Source: an uncultured bacterium
GTDB taxonomy: Bacteria; Cyanobacteriota; Vampirovibrionia; Gastranaerophilales; Gastranaerophilaceae
Assembly: GCA_949284035.1 (NCBI GenBank)
Contig: CASDUQ010000045.1
Location: forward strand, 71,170-135,169
Direction: 5' to 3'
Length of the DNA: 64,000 nucleotides
The notes under the pieces were generated by a model. It had not been told where the DNA came from, made no database searches, and saw only the letters and a program-made list of their open reading frames with translations. Positions 1 through 8,659 of the stretch are shown here, piece after piece (the stretch's first letter is position 1; each line of letters begins with the position of its first letter). Both the position numbers and the translations under genes were made by a program.

Positions 1-1
1 G

Positions 2-982
2 CAATATGAAAAATTTGTCGGAATTGACCCTCTTGAAATCTGGATTAGAGAGGCGCATAAACGCGATATAAAAGTTCATATCTGGTTTGAAACATTCTAT
101 GTAGGACCACAGGCCCCAAAAGATAACCCCAAAAGTATACTTGGCATGAACCCTTCTTGGGGCAATAAAACAAGAAAAGATGCCGATTCCGTTGACCCAT
201 CCAAGTCAACATCAGAGCATAACGGATATTTTCTTGACCCTGCAAATCCTTATGTACAGGATTTTATCGTAAAACTGGTTGACGAAATCATTACAAGATA
301 TAAACCCGACGGGATTAATCTGGACTATATCAGATATCCAAACTGCGTTTCATTGAATGAAGATTCAAACTGGGGATATACTGATTATGCAAGAAATGAT
401 TTTAAAATGATTTATGGTGTTGATCCGGTTAGTATTCTAAAATCAGATCCTCTATGGCTTGAATGGAATAATTACAGACGCGAGCAGATTACAAATATGG
501 TGAAAAAAATCGGAGAAATAGGCAGACGTAAACACACTTACATCAGTGCAGTAATTTTTCCTGACAGAAAAGCGGCGCTTGATCATAAACAACAGGATTG
601 GAAAACCTGGTCAACCAGAGGATACATAAATGCCTTTACTCCACTGTTTTTGACCTGTGATTCTAAAACGGCAAATAAAATGATGTCGGACGTAATAAAT
701 GCATCGTCGGGAAATACTGATTTTTATGCAGGTCTATTCGTTACATTTATGGGCGGAACAGATGAAGATTTGATAAGGCTAATCCATGAAGCACGAAAAG
801 TTAATGCAAAGGGGGTTATTCTGTTTGATTACGCACACTTGAATAATAAATATATTAATACATTATCAAGAAGCGTATTTGCATCACAATCACCGCTTAA
901 ACAAAACTTTAAAATAGGTCAGCCGCAGCCACAATTACAGCCGCAAGATACAAAGGGCTGGTGGATTTTCAAAAAAGATTAA
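2..982 (+). CDS. GH10-like / DUF187 (YddW-type) glycoside hydrolase, 5'-truncated by window edge
   Basis: Frame is open from base 2 (..IDPLEIWIREAHKRDIKVHIWFE..), then motifs YFLDPANP and PDGINLDYIRYP. Confidence 0.8.
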   Translation, partial: QYEKFVGIDPLEIWIREAHKRDIKVHIWFETFYVGPQAPKDNPKSILGMNPSWGNKTRKDADSVDPSKSTSEHNGYFLDPANPYVQDFIVKLVDEIITRYKPDGINLDYIRYPNCVSLNEDSNWGYTDYARNDFKMIYGVDPVSILKSDPLWLEWNNYRREQITNMVKKIGEIGRRKHTYISAVIFPDRKAALDHKQQDWKTWSTRGYINAFTPLFLTCDSKTANKMMSDVINASSGNTDFYAGLFVTFMGGTDEDLIRLIHEARKVNAKGVILFDYAHLNNKYINTLSRSVFASQSPLKQNFKIGQPQPQLQPQDTKGWWIFKKD

Positions 983-984
983 AT

Positions 985-1013
985 AAAAGCTCCTTAATAA
1001 AAAGGAGCTTTTT
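985..1013 (+). terminator. Intrinsic terminator
   Basis: AAAAGCTCCTT-AATAAA-AAGGAGCTTTTT directly after the stop codon. Confidence 0.85.
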
Positions 1014-1022
1014 ACATTTTGT

Positions 1023-1053
1023 TACGTTATGATTGTATCATTTAACGTATAAT
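1023..1053 (+). promoter_or_regulatory. comEC -10 box with overlapping imperfect palindrome; probable leaderless start
   Basis: TACGTTA-TGAT-TGT-ATCA-TT-TAACGTA; TATAAT at 1048-1053 lies 7 nt before the ATG; no SD sequence. Confidence 0.5.
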
Positions 1054-1060
1054 TATCTTA

Positions 1061-3439
1061 ATGGACAGAACAACAATAAACAACATTTTACAGAATAAAA
1101 ATGTCGTAATGTTTCTTACCGCATTGATTTTTATGACCGGAATTCTGGCCTATTTCAACGATAATGCAATTTTGTGCGCAGGAATTATAACTTTTATTGC
1201 CATTGTTGTTATTTTGAAAAATTATTTACCAATAAAATACATTCTCTTCTGGATAATTGTATTTTATCTCGGCTTTTTTAATGCATATTCAAGAACTAAT
1301 ATAACAGATGGGGTTGTCCAGTTTGCAGGACAGGATGCTGTTATCAGCGGACAAATAATATCAATTCCAAACAGCAGTAACCCGCAAAAAGTCAAGTTTT
1401 TCTTTAGAGTAGACAAAGTTAACGGTAAACCTGTATCCGGCAAAACTCTTATAACTTATACCGGAGATGAAATTTCAGAGCTGCAAATAGGAGATAAATA
1501 TGAGTTTTCCGGCAGGCTGAGGAGCCCTTTTAAAGCCAGCAATCCATCCCAGTTTGATTACGGAAAATATTTACGAAACTTTGATACATTCACTGTTTTC
1601 TACACAGATAATGCAAAAGTTGTCGATAATAATTTAACACCTAAATGGAAATTCCTGCAAAATTTGAATAAACTAAGAGATAGAATTATTAATGTTCATG
1701 CTCAATATCTAAAATCTCCAAATCTTGAAATTTTGGGCGGAGTAGTATTCGGCGATGATGCTGTCGCACCTCCGGATTATATAAAAACATCGTTTGTAAA
1801 CTCAGGATTGCTTCACATTTTAGCGGCCTCAGGGATGAATGTTGCCTTTATATATGCTTTTTGGGTATTTTTTATGAGGCGTATGAGAGTACCATTTAAA
1901 TTTATGGTAATTTCGGGTATGGGAATTGTCATAATTTATACATTTATGACAGGACTTGGTGCTTCAGTCATAAGAGCCGCTCTCATGCTTATTTTAGTAC
2001 TCATTGGAAAACTAATAGACAGAGATGCACATACAGTTTCACTTCTTGCATTCGTTGCAATGCTTATGTTGATTTACAATCCGGCTTTTATAAATAACGT
2101 TGGATTTCAACTTTCATTTATTGTAACTTTTGGACTTTTAACAACCGCAAACGTTATTTTTGAAAAATACAAGAATTCTAAAATACCTCAATGGCTTACA
2201 AGCGCCTTGTTAATTCCCGTAATTGCCCAAATATGGGTTGCTCCGATACAGATGTTCTATTTTAACACTTTCAGCACGTATTCGATACTTGCAAATATTT
2301 TAAGCATGCCGTTTTTAAGTGTGATAAGTTTCGGCGGTTTTATAAGTTCAATTATAGCAATGGCGGCACCTTTTAGCGATAAATTCTGTATGATTATAGA
2401 TTTAATTTTAAATTATGTTCTGCATGCAATTGTTTTTATATCAAATTTATTTGCAAATCTTCCCGGTTCCCTTCTTACAACAACACATCCGAATATTTTC
2501 CAAATATTTGTTTATTATGGTATAGTACTATTTTTCACGTTATCAATAAAAAACGGTCTGAACAAAAAAATTGTATATGCATGTACTGCACTCAGCTTAA
2601 TATTGATGCTGTCATTAATAAATATTCCATCAAAAAATCTTGAAGTAATAACATTTGATGTTCAAAATGCGGACTGTTTTCTAATAAAAACTCCTCAAAA
2701 TAAATATTTTATAATAGACACAGGCAGAGCCGGCTATAAAGGAAGCAATGCCCAGGCCAATTCAATTATTATAAAATATCTTAAAGATAGGGGGATTAAA
2801 AATATTGAAGGCATGATAATAACACACTTTGACAACGATCACTCGGGCGGGGCAGTTGATATTATGAAAAGCCTGAATGTTAAGCAAGTTTATATTAATT
2901 CCTTTGATGACAAATCAATTACATCCGAAAATATATATAAAACTTTAAAAGAATTAAATATTCCGGCAAAAATTCCGCTCAACAACAAATCTATATATAA
3001 TGAAGAAAACTTTAATCTGCAAACATATATTTCAAACTCCGACAAAGATAACGAAAAATCAATAATAACATTACTAACTTATAAGAATTTTGACATGCTT
3101 TTTACCGGTGATGCGGGAACAGAAGCTTTTGAAAAATTGAAGAAAAATATTCCGCACAATGTTGAAATTTTGAAAGTAGGTCATCATGGCGGACCTCATG
3201 TTGTAAATTCTGACATGTTAAATCACTTAAATACAAAAGTCTCAGTAATTTCAACAGGTCCAAACTCTTTCGGGCATCCGAATAAAGGAACCCTTGATAT
3301 TTTGCGAAATACGGATATTTACAGAACTGACCGCCAAAACTCAATAAAAATAACATCTGACGGACAAAACTATACACTTTTTACATACAATAAAGATAAA
3401 AAGAAATACAAAAAATCAAAAGAATTTACTGCAAACTAA
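1061..3439 (+). CDS. comEC: ComEC/Rec2 DNA-uptake channel (OB domain, competence domain, metallo-beta-lactamase domain)
   Basis: GLLHILAASGMNV, TGLGASVIRA, ITHFDNDHSGG, LKVGHHGG, NSFGHP. Confidence 0.95.
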   Translation: MDRTTINNILQNKNVVMFLTALIFMTGILAYFNDNAILCAGIITFIAIVVILKNYLPIKYILFWIIVFYLGFFNAYSRTNITDGVVQFAGQDAVISGQIISIPNSSNPQKVKFFFRVDKVNGKPVSGKTLITYTGDEISELQIGDKYEFSGRLRSPFKASNPSQFDYGKYLRNFDTFTVFYTDNAKVVDNNLTPKWKFLQNLNKLRDRIINVHAQYLKSPNLEILGGVVFGDDAVAPPDYIKTSFVNSGLLHILAASGMNVAFIYAFWVFFMRRMRVPFKFMVISGMGIVIIYTFMTGLGASVIRAALMLILVLIGKLIDRDAHTVSLLAFVAMLMLIYNPAFINNVGFQLSFIVTFGLLTTANVIFEKYKNSKIPQWLTSALLIPVIAQIWVAPIQMFYFNTFSTYSILANILSMPFLSVISFGGFISSIIAMAAPFSDKFCMIIDLILNYVLHAIVFISNLFANLPGSLLTTTHPNIFQIFVYYGIVLFFTLSIKNGLNKKIVYACTALSLILMLSLINIPSKNLEVITFDVQNADCFLIKTPQNKYFIIDTGRAGYKGSNAQANSIIIKYLKDRGIKNIEGMIITHFDNDHSGGAVDIMKSLNVKQVYINSFDDKSITSENIYKTLKELNIPAKIPLNNKSIYNEENFNLQTYISNSDKDNEKSIITLLTYKNFDMLFTGDAGTEAFEKLKKNIPHNVEILKVGHHGGPHVVNSDMLNHLNTKVSVISTGPNSFGHPNKGTLDILRNTDIYRTDRQNSIKITSDGQNYTLFTYNKDKKKYKKSKEFTAN

Positions 3440-4194
3440 ACACATGAAGCCTTATCGGCAAGAGCAGTTTCAATTTCATCAATAATAAGATTAGCAGCTC
3501 CAATTCTGTCATCAGCAGATGTAATAGGTCTTCCGACAACCATATAATCAACTCCTGACAAAATATTATCACGCGGGGTATCAACCCTTACCTGATCATT
3601 AACAGAAGCCCAGGTAGGACGGGTTGCGGGACATAAAATTATAAAATCATCACCTATTTCTTTTCTAATTCTTCTTGCCTCTTCAGCACTTGCCACAACA
3701 CCGTCAAGCCCGGATTCCTTTGCAACTTTTGCGAGCTGCAAAACAAAATCTTCAATATTTCTATCAACACACAATTCTGTAGTCAAAGTCTTCTGCCCAA
3801 AACTTGAAAGAAGTGTAACCCCGAGAATTGTCGGAGGTTCAACTCCCATAGACTTTGCAGCCGCACGGGAAGCTTTCACAACAGCAGAAGTCATCTTAGA
3901 CCCGCCTTGAATATGAACATTGAAAAAATTTACATTATTTTTAACAAGACTGATACAAGCCTTTTGAACAGTATGCGGAATATCATGGAATTTACAATCA
4001 TAATAACACTTTGCACCATGTTCTTCCAACAGCCTGAATGCTTCAAATCCGTAATTAACAATTAAAGGCAGACCAACCTTAAAATAACCTACATAATCTT
4101 TCAACTCTCTGACAAGATCTTCTGCCTCTTTTAAATTGTCAACATCCAATGCTAAAATAATTCTATCTTTAGCTGTTTTAGGTTTATCAATCAT
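3436..4194 (-). CDS. pyrF: Orotidine-5'-phosphate decarboxylase
   Basis: IILALDV, YFKVG, DCKFHDIPHT, DYMVVGRPIT. Confidence 0.95.
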   Translation of the reverse strand: MIDKPKTAKDRIILALDVDNLKEAEDLVRELKDYVGYFKVGLPLIVNYGFEAFRLLEEHGAKCYYDCKFHDIPHTVQKACISLVKNNVNFFNVHIQGGSKMTSAVVKASRAAAKSMGVEPPTILGVTLLSSFGQKTLTTELCVDRNIEDFVLQLAKVAKESGLDGVVASAEEARRIRKEIGDDFIILCPATRPTWASVNDQVRVDTPRDNILSGVDYMVVGRPITSADDRIGAANLIIDEIETALADKASCV

Positions 4195-4203
4195 ATTAAC
4201 ATG

Positions 4204-4232
4204 AATATATCACTACGAAAAAATAAAATCAA
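4204..4232 (-). promoter_or_regulatory. sigma70 promoter of pyrF, near-leaderless
   Basis: Minus strand TTGATT-17-TATATT-9-ATG; no SD. Confidence 0.5.
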
Positions 4233-4678
4233 CCCATAACAGAATTAGGCTTGCCGCCCAATTTTTTAAGATATCTTTGACATTGCAAAATTTTATCATA
4301 CCCAAGCATAATACCAAGCATAAAATCCTTTTCAGGAGAAAGCTTGTTCAAATGTTTATCAAAAGTTGCAATAACTTTTATACAATCTTCATTACCGAAA
4401 AAAACATTAATTGAATTTTCTCCGGCAGGATTGATTATATAAGGAATTTTTTCTTTTTCAAGGCGCGAAACAATATAATCTTTATTTGATACTTTTTCCG
4501 TAGTCAAAATAAGGCTTCTCAATCCCTTTTTATATTCATATATATGATGCAGAAACACCTTTAACTCACTATGTTGTTTTTGAGTTATCTGCGGCAATTT
4601 AGCCGCAAAAGGAAGACTTATATTACACTGTTGATAATTAGCTTTAGAATTATTGTATGCTATTGGATAAACCTTCAT
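4229..4678 (-). CDS. DUF2023-like protein with N-terminal low-complexity extension
   Basis: VFLHHIYEYKKGLRSL..T, INVFFG, PEKDFMLGIMLGYD..QCQRY. Confidence 0.75.
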   Translation of the reverse strand: MKVYPIAYNNSKANYQQCNISLPFAAKLPQITQKQHSELKVFLHHIYEYKKGLRSLILTTEKVSNKDYIVSRLEKEKIPYIINPAGENSINVFFGNEDCIKVIATFDKHLNKLSPEKDFMLGIMLGYDKILQCQRYLKKLGGKPNSVMG

Positions 4679-4684
4679 AAAACA

Positions 4685-4713
4685 AAGTTAGACTAAACTA
4701 ACTTATTTGTCAA
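4685..4713 (-). promoter_or_regulatory. sigma70 promoter, leaderless
   Basis: Minus strand TTGACA-17-TAACTT-6-ATG(4678). Confidence 0.65.
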
Positions 4714-4942
4714 CATCATTTTTTTCAAAACCTGCAAGTTCATCCAATGAGATGTTAAACACCTGTGCAAGCTTAATAAAATTTTCAAGACCTAAATTAA
4801 TCTTACCATTCTCAATGCGTGCAATATGTTCCCTGCTGCAATCAATGATTTCTGCAAGACGTTCCTGCGAAAGCCCTAATCTTTTACGATTTTTTCTTAT
4901 CCTGTTACGAATTTTTAAATTATAATTTTTAAACTCTTGCAT
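4703..4942 (-). CDS. XRE-family HTH regulator
   Basis: RKRLGLSQERLAEIIDCSREHIARIENG; TATAAT lies 7 nt upstream of the ATG. Confidence 0.9.
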   Translation of the reverse strand: MQEFKNYNLKIRNRIRKNRKRLGLSQERLAEIIDCSREHIARIENGKINLGLENFIKLAQVFNISLDELAGFEKNDVDK

Positions 4943-5042
4943 AATTGAGATTATACGTTTATAATAAGAATGTTACTGGGATTAATTAATCACTTTTTAT
5001 CGTCAAAATAGCTATTATTAAAGAAATATTAGTATATATTTA

Positions 5043-5807
5043 TTGGAGAGATTTATGAATAACACTTCTATTTTTTATTCCAAACAAGGATTTACATTAG
5101 CAGAAGTATTAATAACTCTTGGAATTATCGGAATAGTTGCAGCAATGACAATGCCTTCGCTTATAGCAGAACACCGAGAGAAGAAAACAGTTGCTCAATT
5201 AAAAAAAACATATTCAACACTTCAACAGGCCTATTTAATTGCAATAAGCAAACATGGGGAACCTGAAAACTGGGAGGTTGGAAACACTCATACAAGTACA
5301 AATGAGGACGGAACAACTCAAGTGGATTATTCAGAAGCAGAACTTTTGTTAGAATATCTTTCTGAAAGCATGAATACAATCAACATTAATCAAGAAGCAG
5401 AATACACAAGATATCAACTGAACGGAACTAAGGGGAAAAATGTCAATTTAAAAAATATTCCAAATATTGTGCTATCAGACGGAACAATAATAGCGTTAGG
5501 TTACATAACCGTAACAAAAAATACCGGAGATATTTATGTTATTCTCAATGGCTGCGTACAAAATGGCAGATGCACATTAGGGAAAGACATATATTATTTT
5601 AATATTTCTTTTTCACCGGCAAAAATTATACCTATAGGTGCAGATGGGAGCCAGTATCCTAAAGAAGAATTTAAAAACTACTGTAACAAAACAGTAGACG
5701 ATGGTGATTCAGGCAAGGGCTGCGCAGCATGGGTACTTTATAACGAAAACATGGACTATCTGCATTGCAATGATTTAGACTGGAATACAAAAACGCGATG
5801 CCGTTAA
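5043..5807 (+). CDS. Type IV pilin / pseudopilin-like protein (likely start ATG 5055)
   Basis: KQG|FTLAEVLITLGIIGIVAAMTMP N-methylation motif; SD GGAG precedes 5055; Cys-containing C-terminus CAAWVLYNENMDY. Confidence 0.9.
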   Translation: MERFMNNTSIFYSKQGFTLAEVLITLGIIGIVAAMTMPSLIAEHREKKTVAQLKKTYSTLQQAYLIAISKHGEPENWEVGNTHTSTNEDGTTQVDYSEAELLLEYLSESMNTININQEAEYTRYQLNGTKGKNVNLKNIPNIVLSDGTIIALGYITVTKNTGDIYVILNGCVQNGRCTLGKDIYYFNISFSPAKIIPIGADGSQYPKEEFKNYCNKTVDDGDSGKGCAAWVLYNENMDYLHCNDLDWNTKTRCR

Positions 5808-5808
5808 A

Positions 5809-6891
5809 TCATTCTTCTTCATCCGCAGTATCTGCCGGAAGTTCAGGCAAATCCTTAGAATATTTACACCCCAGTTTTTCAAGCTTTTCAATCTGGGTAA
5901 TTATATTTCCCCTCCCGGTCAGCTTTTTCAAAGAATTTGCAAGATTATCCTGTATTTTAAGCAGTTCTTTTAACAGATCAGCAAATTTATCATGAACACT
6001 TGTACATAAGTCCGCCATTTCCATAATATTCTTATTCTGTCTGTCCACAACATGAAAAGCATTAATTATCTTTAAAGCAGCAAGAAGAGTTGACGGAGAA
6101 ACAGGCATAACCTTATTTTTCCATGCAAAATCCCAGAGAGCACACTCATCGCAGAACATCATAGAATAACAGCTTTCTATCGGAATAAACATCAATACAT
6201 AATCCGGAGATGCATCTTCAACAGAATAATCCCTTTTTGCCAGCCCAGTTATATGAGCCTTTGTAGAATCAACAAACTGCTTTAAATGAATTTGTTTTTC
6301 AACCTCATCCTGAGCATTTACAAAACCATCCCAGGCAGCAAAAGACGTTTTACTGTCAATGTAAACGCATCTGCCTCCGGGCAGAAATACTGTTGCATCT
6401 GGTCTTCCCTCTGCCGTTCCCATCTGAATTCTATACTCTTCATCTTTTCTTAAACCGGAAGCCTCAAGAACTCTTTCCAAAACTATCTCACCCCATCTGC
6501 CAGACGCCCTGTTATCAGATCTCATAACATTGACAAGAGAATTAGTGTCATGAGAAATTTTATTCCCAGCCTCAAGAAAACTCTTTATATTCATATCAAA
6601 CTTTGTAAAATTTTCGGTTTCAGCCTTAAAATTTGCTTCGGTTCTTTTCTCAAAGTCTTCAATTTTTTCTTTAAAACGTTTAAAAAATTCATCGAGCTTT
6701 TCCCTGTTTTGGCTCGACAATTCTGTAGAATTTTCCTTAAAAATCTTGTTAGCAGTATTTTCAAAATAGAGTTTCATCTGCTCCAGCATCAAATCCTGCG
6801 ATGCCTTATTATTTTTATTTATTACTTTAAACGGTATAAAGACGCATAAACCGCCGGCTAAAAAACCAACTAAAAATACTAATATATCCAT
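5809..6891 (-). CDS. rmuC: DNA recombination protein RmuC
   Basis: N-terminal TM helix, coiled coil, GRWGEIVLERVLEASGL, RPDATVFLPG..IDSK, PDYVLMFIP, PSTLLA. Confidence 0.9.
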   Translation of the reverse strand: MDILVFLVGFLAGGLCVFIPFKVINKNNKASQDLMLEQMKLYFENTANKIFKENSTELSSQNREKLDEFFKRFKEKIEDFEKRTEANFKAETENFTKFDMNIKSFLEAGNKISHDTNSLVNVMRSDNRASGRWGEIVLERVLEASGLRKDEEYRIQMGTAEGRPDATVFLPGGRCVYIDSKTSFAAWDGFVNAQDEVEKQIHLKQFVDSTKAHITGLAKRDYSVEDASPDYVLMFIPIESCYSMMFCDECALWDFAWKNKVMPVSPSTLLAALKIINAFHVVDRQNKNIMEMADLCTSVHDKFADLLKELLKIQDNLANSLKKLTGRGNIITQIEKLEKLGCKYSKDLPELPADTADEEE

Positions 6892-6914
6892 ATCCTTAAC
6901 CTCTTACTAATCTA

Positions 6915-6923
6915 ATTATACCA
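6915..6923 (-). promoter_or_regulatory. Extended -10 promoter for rmuC
   Basis: Minus strand TGGTATAAT, followed by SD AAGGA and ATG. Confidence 0.6.
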
Positions 6924-7153
6924 CAATAAGATTACTTCAAAAACATTAGATGAATTTAAAATCAACCATGCGGTCAAAATCCCGAAAGCATGGTGTAGAG
7001 CATGGTTGAGGAAATATATCAATCTAAAGATGTAAGACAAATTCTCAAACTTGCATGCCGTGAATATCAATCAGGGCATGGATGAAAATTACCCTCTAAA
7101 AGTTGTAGTATTTATAGTGTAGAAGGAACTTTACAAAAAACAGGGAGATAAAA

Positions 7154-7852
7154 ATGAGAGAGTTTAAAAGAAAATCAAGAATTTTATTGATTGATGACAA
7201 CGCAGACCATTTAAGAGGAGTAAAAGAATTAATCACATTAGAAAGCAGCTATGATGTTGTAGCCACAACAACAAGTGCCAATATAGGAATTAATCTTGCA
7301 AAAAAATATCGCCCTGACATTATATTAATGGATATTAATATGCCGGAAAAAGACGGTTTACAGGCTATTCAGGAAATTGAAAAACTTGACATGGATATAA
7401 GAGTAATCTGTTTAAGCGGCTATGATGATGCAGACTTAATTTTCCGGGCAATGAAACTTGGAGCTAAGGGGTATGTTCTTAAAACTATGGCATCAGCACA
7501 GCTTATTTATGCAATAGATGAAGTTGCTGCAGGCAAAATTTATCTTCCGACCGCTCTCACATCAAGATTTTTCGAATATTTTCAACGTTCATTCAAAGAA
7601 GAAGCAAATACTTCTGCAGAAGAAAACCTCCTTACATATTTAACAGCCAGAGAAGAAGAAGTTTTGGACCTTCTCACACAGGGTAATAACTACAAGGGTA
7701 TTGCAGGGAAATTGTTTATATCAGAAACTACAGTAAAGACACACGTAAATAACATTTTCCAAAAATTACAGGTAAATGACAGAACACAAGCCGTTTTATA
7801 TGCTTTAAATAACGGCTTTGCAAACAAAAGACGTGCAAAATTGGCTGTTTAA
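7154..7852 (+). CDS. NarL/FixJ-family response regulator (REC + LuxR HTH)
   Basis: PDIILMDINMP, GAKGYVLK, LTAREEEVL..NYKGIAGKLFISETTVKTHV. Confidence 0.95.
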   Translation: MREFKRKSRILLIDDNADHLRGVKELITLESSYDVVATTTSANIGINLAKKYRPDIILMDINMPEKDGLQAIQEIEKLDMDIRVICLSGYDDADLIFRAMKLGAKGYVLKTMASAQLIYAIDEVAAGKIYLPTALTSRFFEYFQRSFKEEANTSAEENLLTYLTAREEEVLDLLTQGNNYKGIAGKLFISETTVKTHVNNIFQKLQVNDRTQAVLYALNNGFANKRRAKLAV

Positions 7853-7875
7853 ATTATATGATACTAATAAGGTAT

Positions 7876-7911
7876 TTAAAGGTTCAGCCCCATTGAAAGC
7901 TGAACCTTTAA
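7876..7911 (+). terminator. 13-bp perfect hairpin between regulator and kinase
   Basis: TTAAAGGTTCAGC-10nt-GCTGAACCTTTAA. Confidence 0.7.
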
Positions 7912-7927
7912 TGTTAAAGAGGATAAA

Positions 7928-8593
7928 ATGAATAATACGGATTTAGTTTATGAGCAATCAAGATGTGTAGCGCATGAAATAAGAAATCATCTCTCTATCT
8001 GCGAAATTTATACACAGATAATTAAAAAAAATCTTGAACAGGAAGGTGTTGAAAATCAATCAGTAAATAATGCATTAAACTGCATAAGCAAATCATTAAA
8101 AATAATGAATAATTCATTAATCGATTTAAAATCATTAAATAACATTTCCTGTAAAGAATGCAGTATAAAAACTATACTTGAAGAAGGCATAACCTTATCC
8201 AAAGTTTATATTCATGAAAAAGATATAAAAATTACAAGCATTATCAACACGGACGCAGATGTATACATTGATGAAAATAAATTTTTAGCTTGTATTGTAA
8301 ATATTATAAAAAATGCAATAGAAGCAATTGACAATAAAGGCGAAATAAAAGTAACTCTAGACAAAGATTCACAAAATGTATATATAAAAATTTCCAACAA
8401 CGGCGAACCAATCTCAAAGGAAAAACAACAGTCAATATTTGAAGAAGGGTATACAACGAAACCAACCGGAAGCGGTCTTGGGCTTCATATATGTTCTGAC
8501 AATCTTAAAGCCCAAAATGCAATTCTAAGATTAAACAAATCTACACCTGAAATAACCGAGTTTGAAATTATTTTACCAATTTACAAAAATTAA
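7928..8593 (+). CDS. Histidine kinase with no sensor domain (HisKA + HATPase)
   Basis: AHEIRN at residues 15-20, NIIKNAIEA, NNGEPI, IFEEGYTTKPTGSGLGL. Confidence 0.9.
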   Translation: MNNTDLVYEQSRCVAHEIRNHLSICEIYTQIIKKNLEQEGVENQSVNNALNCISKSLKIMNNSLIDLKSLNNISCKECSIKTILEEGITLSKVYIHEKDIKITSIINTDADVYIDENKFLACIVNIIKNAIEAIDNKGEIKVTLDKDSQNVYIKISNNGEPISKEKQQSIFEEGYTTKPTGSGLGLHICSDNLKAQNAILRLNKSTPEITEFEIILPIYKN

Positions 8594-8659
8594 CATATAA
8601 AGCAAAAATTTTTTATCTCTGTTGTTATAATATATAGGGGGAAATAACAACAGGGAACT

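Noticed and set aside
6971-6995. GGTCAAAATCCCGAAAG as a c-di-GMP-I riboswitch
   Set aside because: Lacks the paired GAAA stem and the GACGCAAAGC/receptor elements; kept only as a generic structure candidate.
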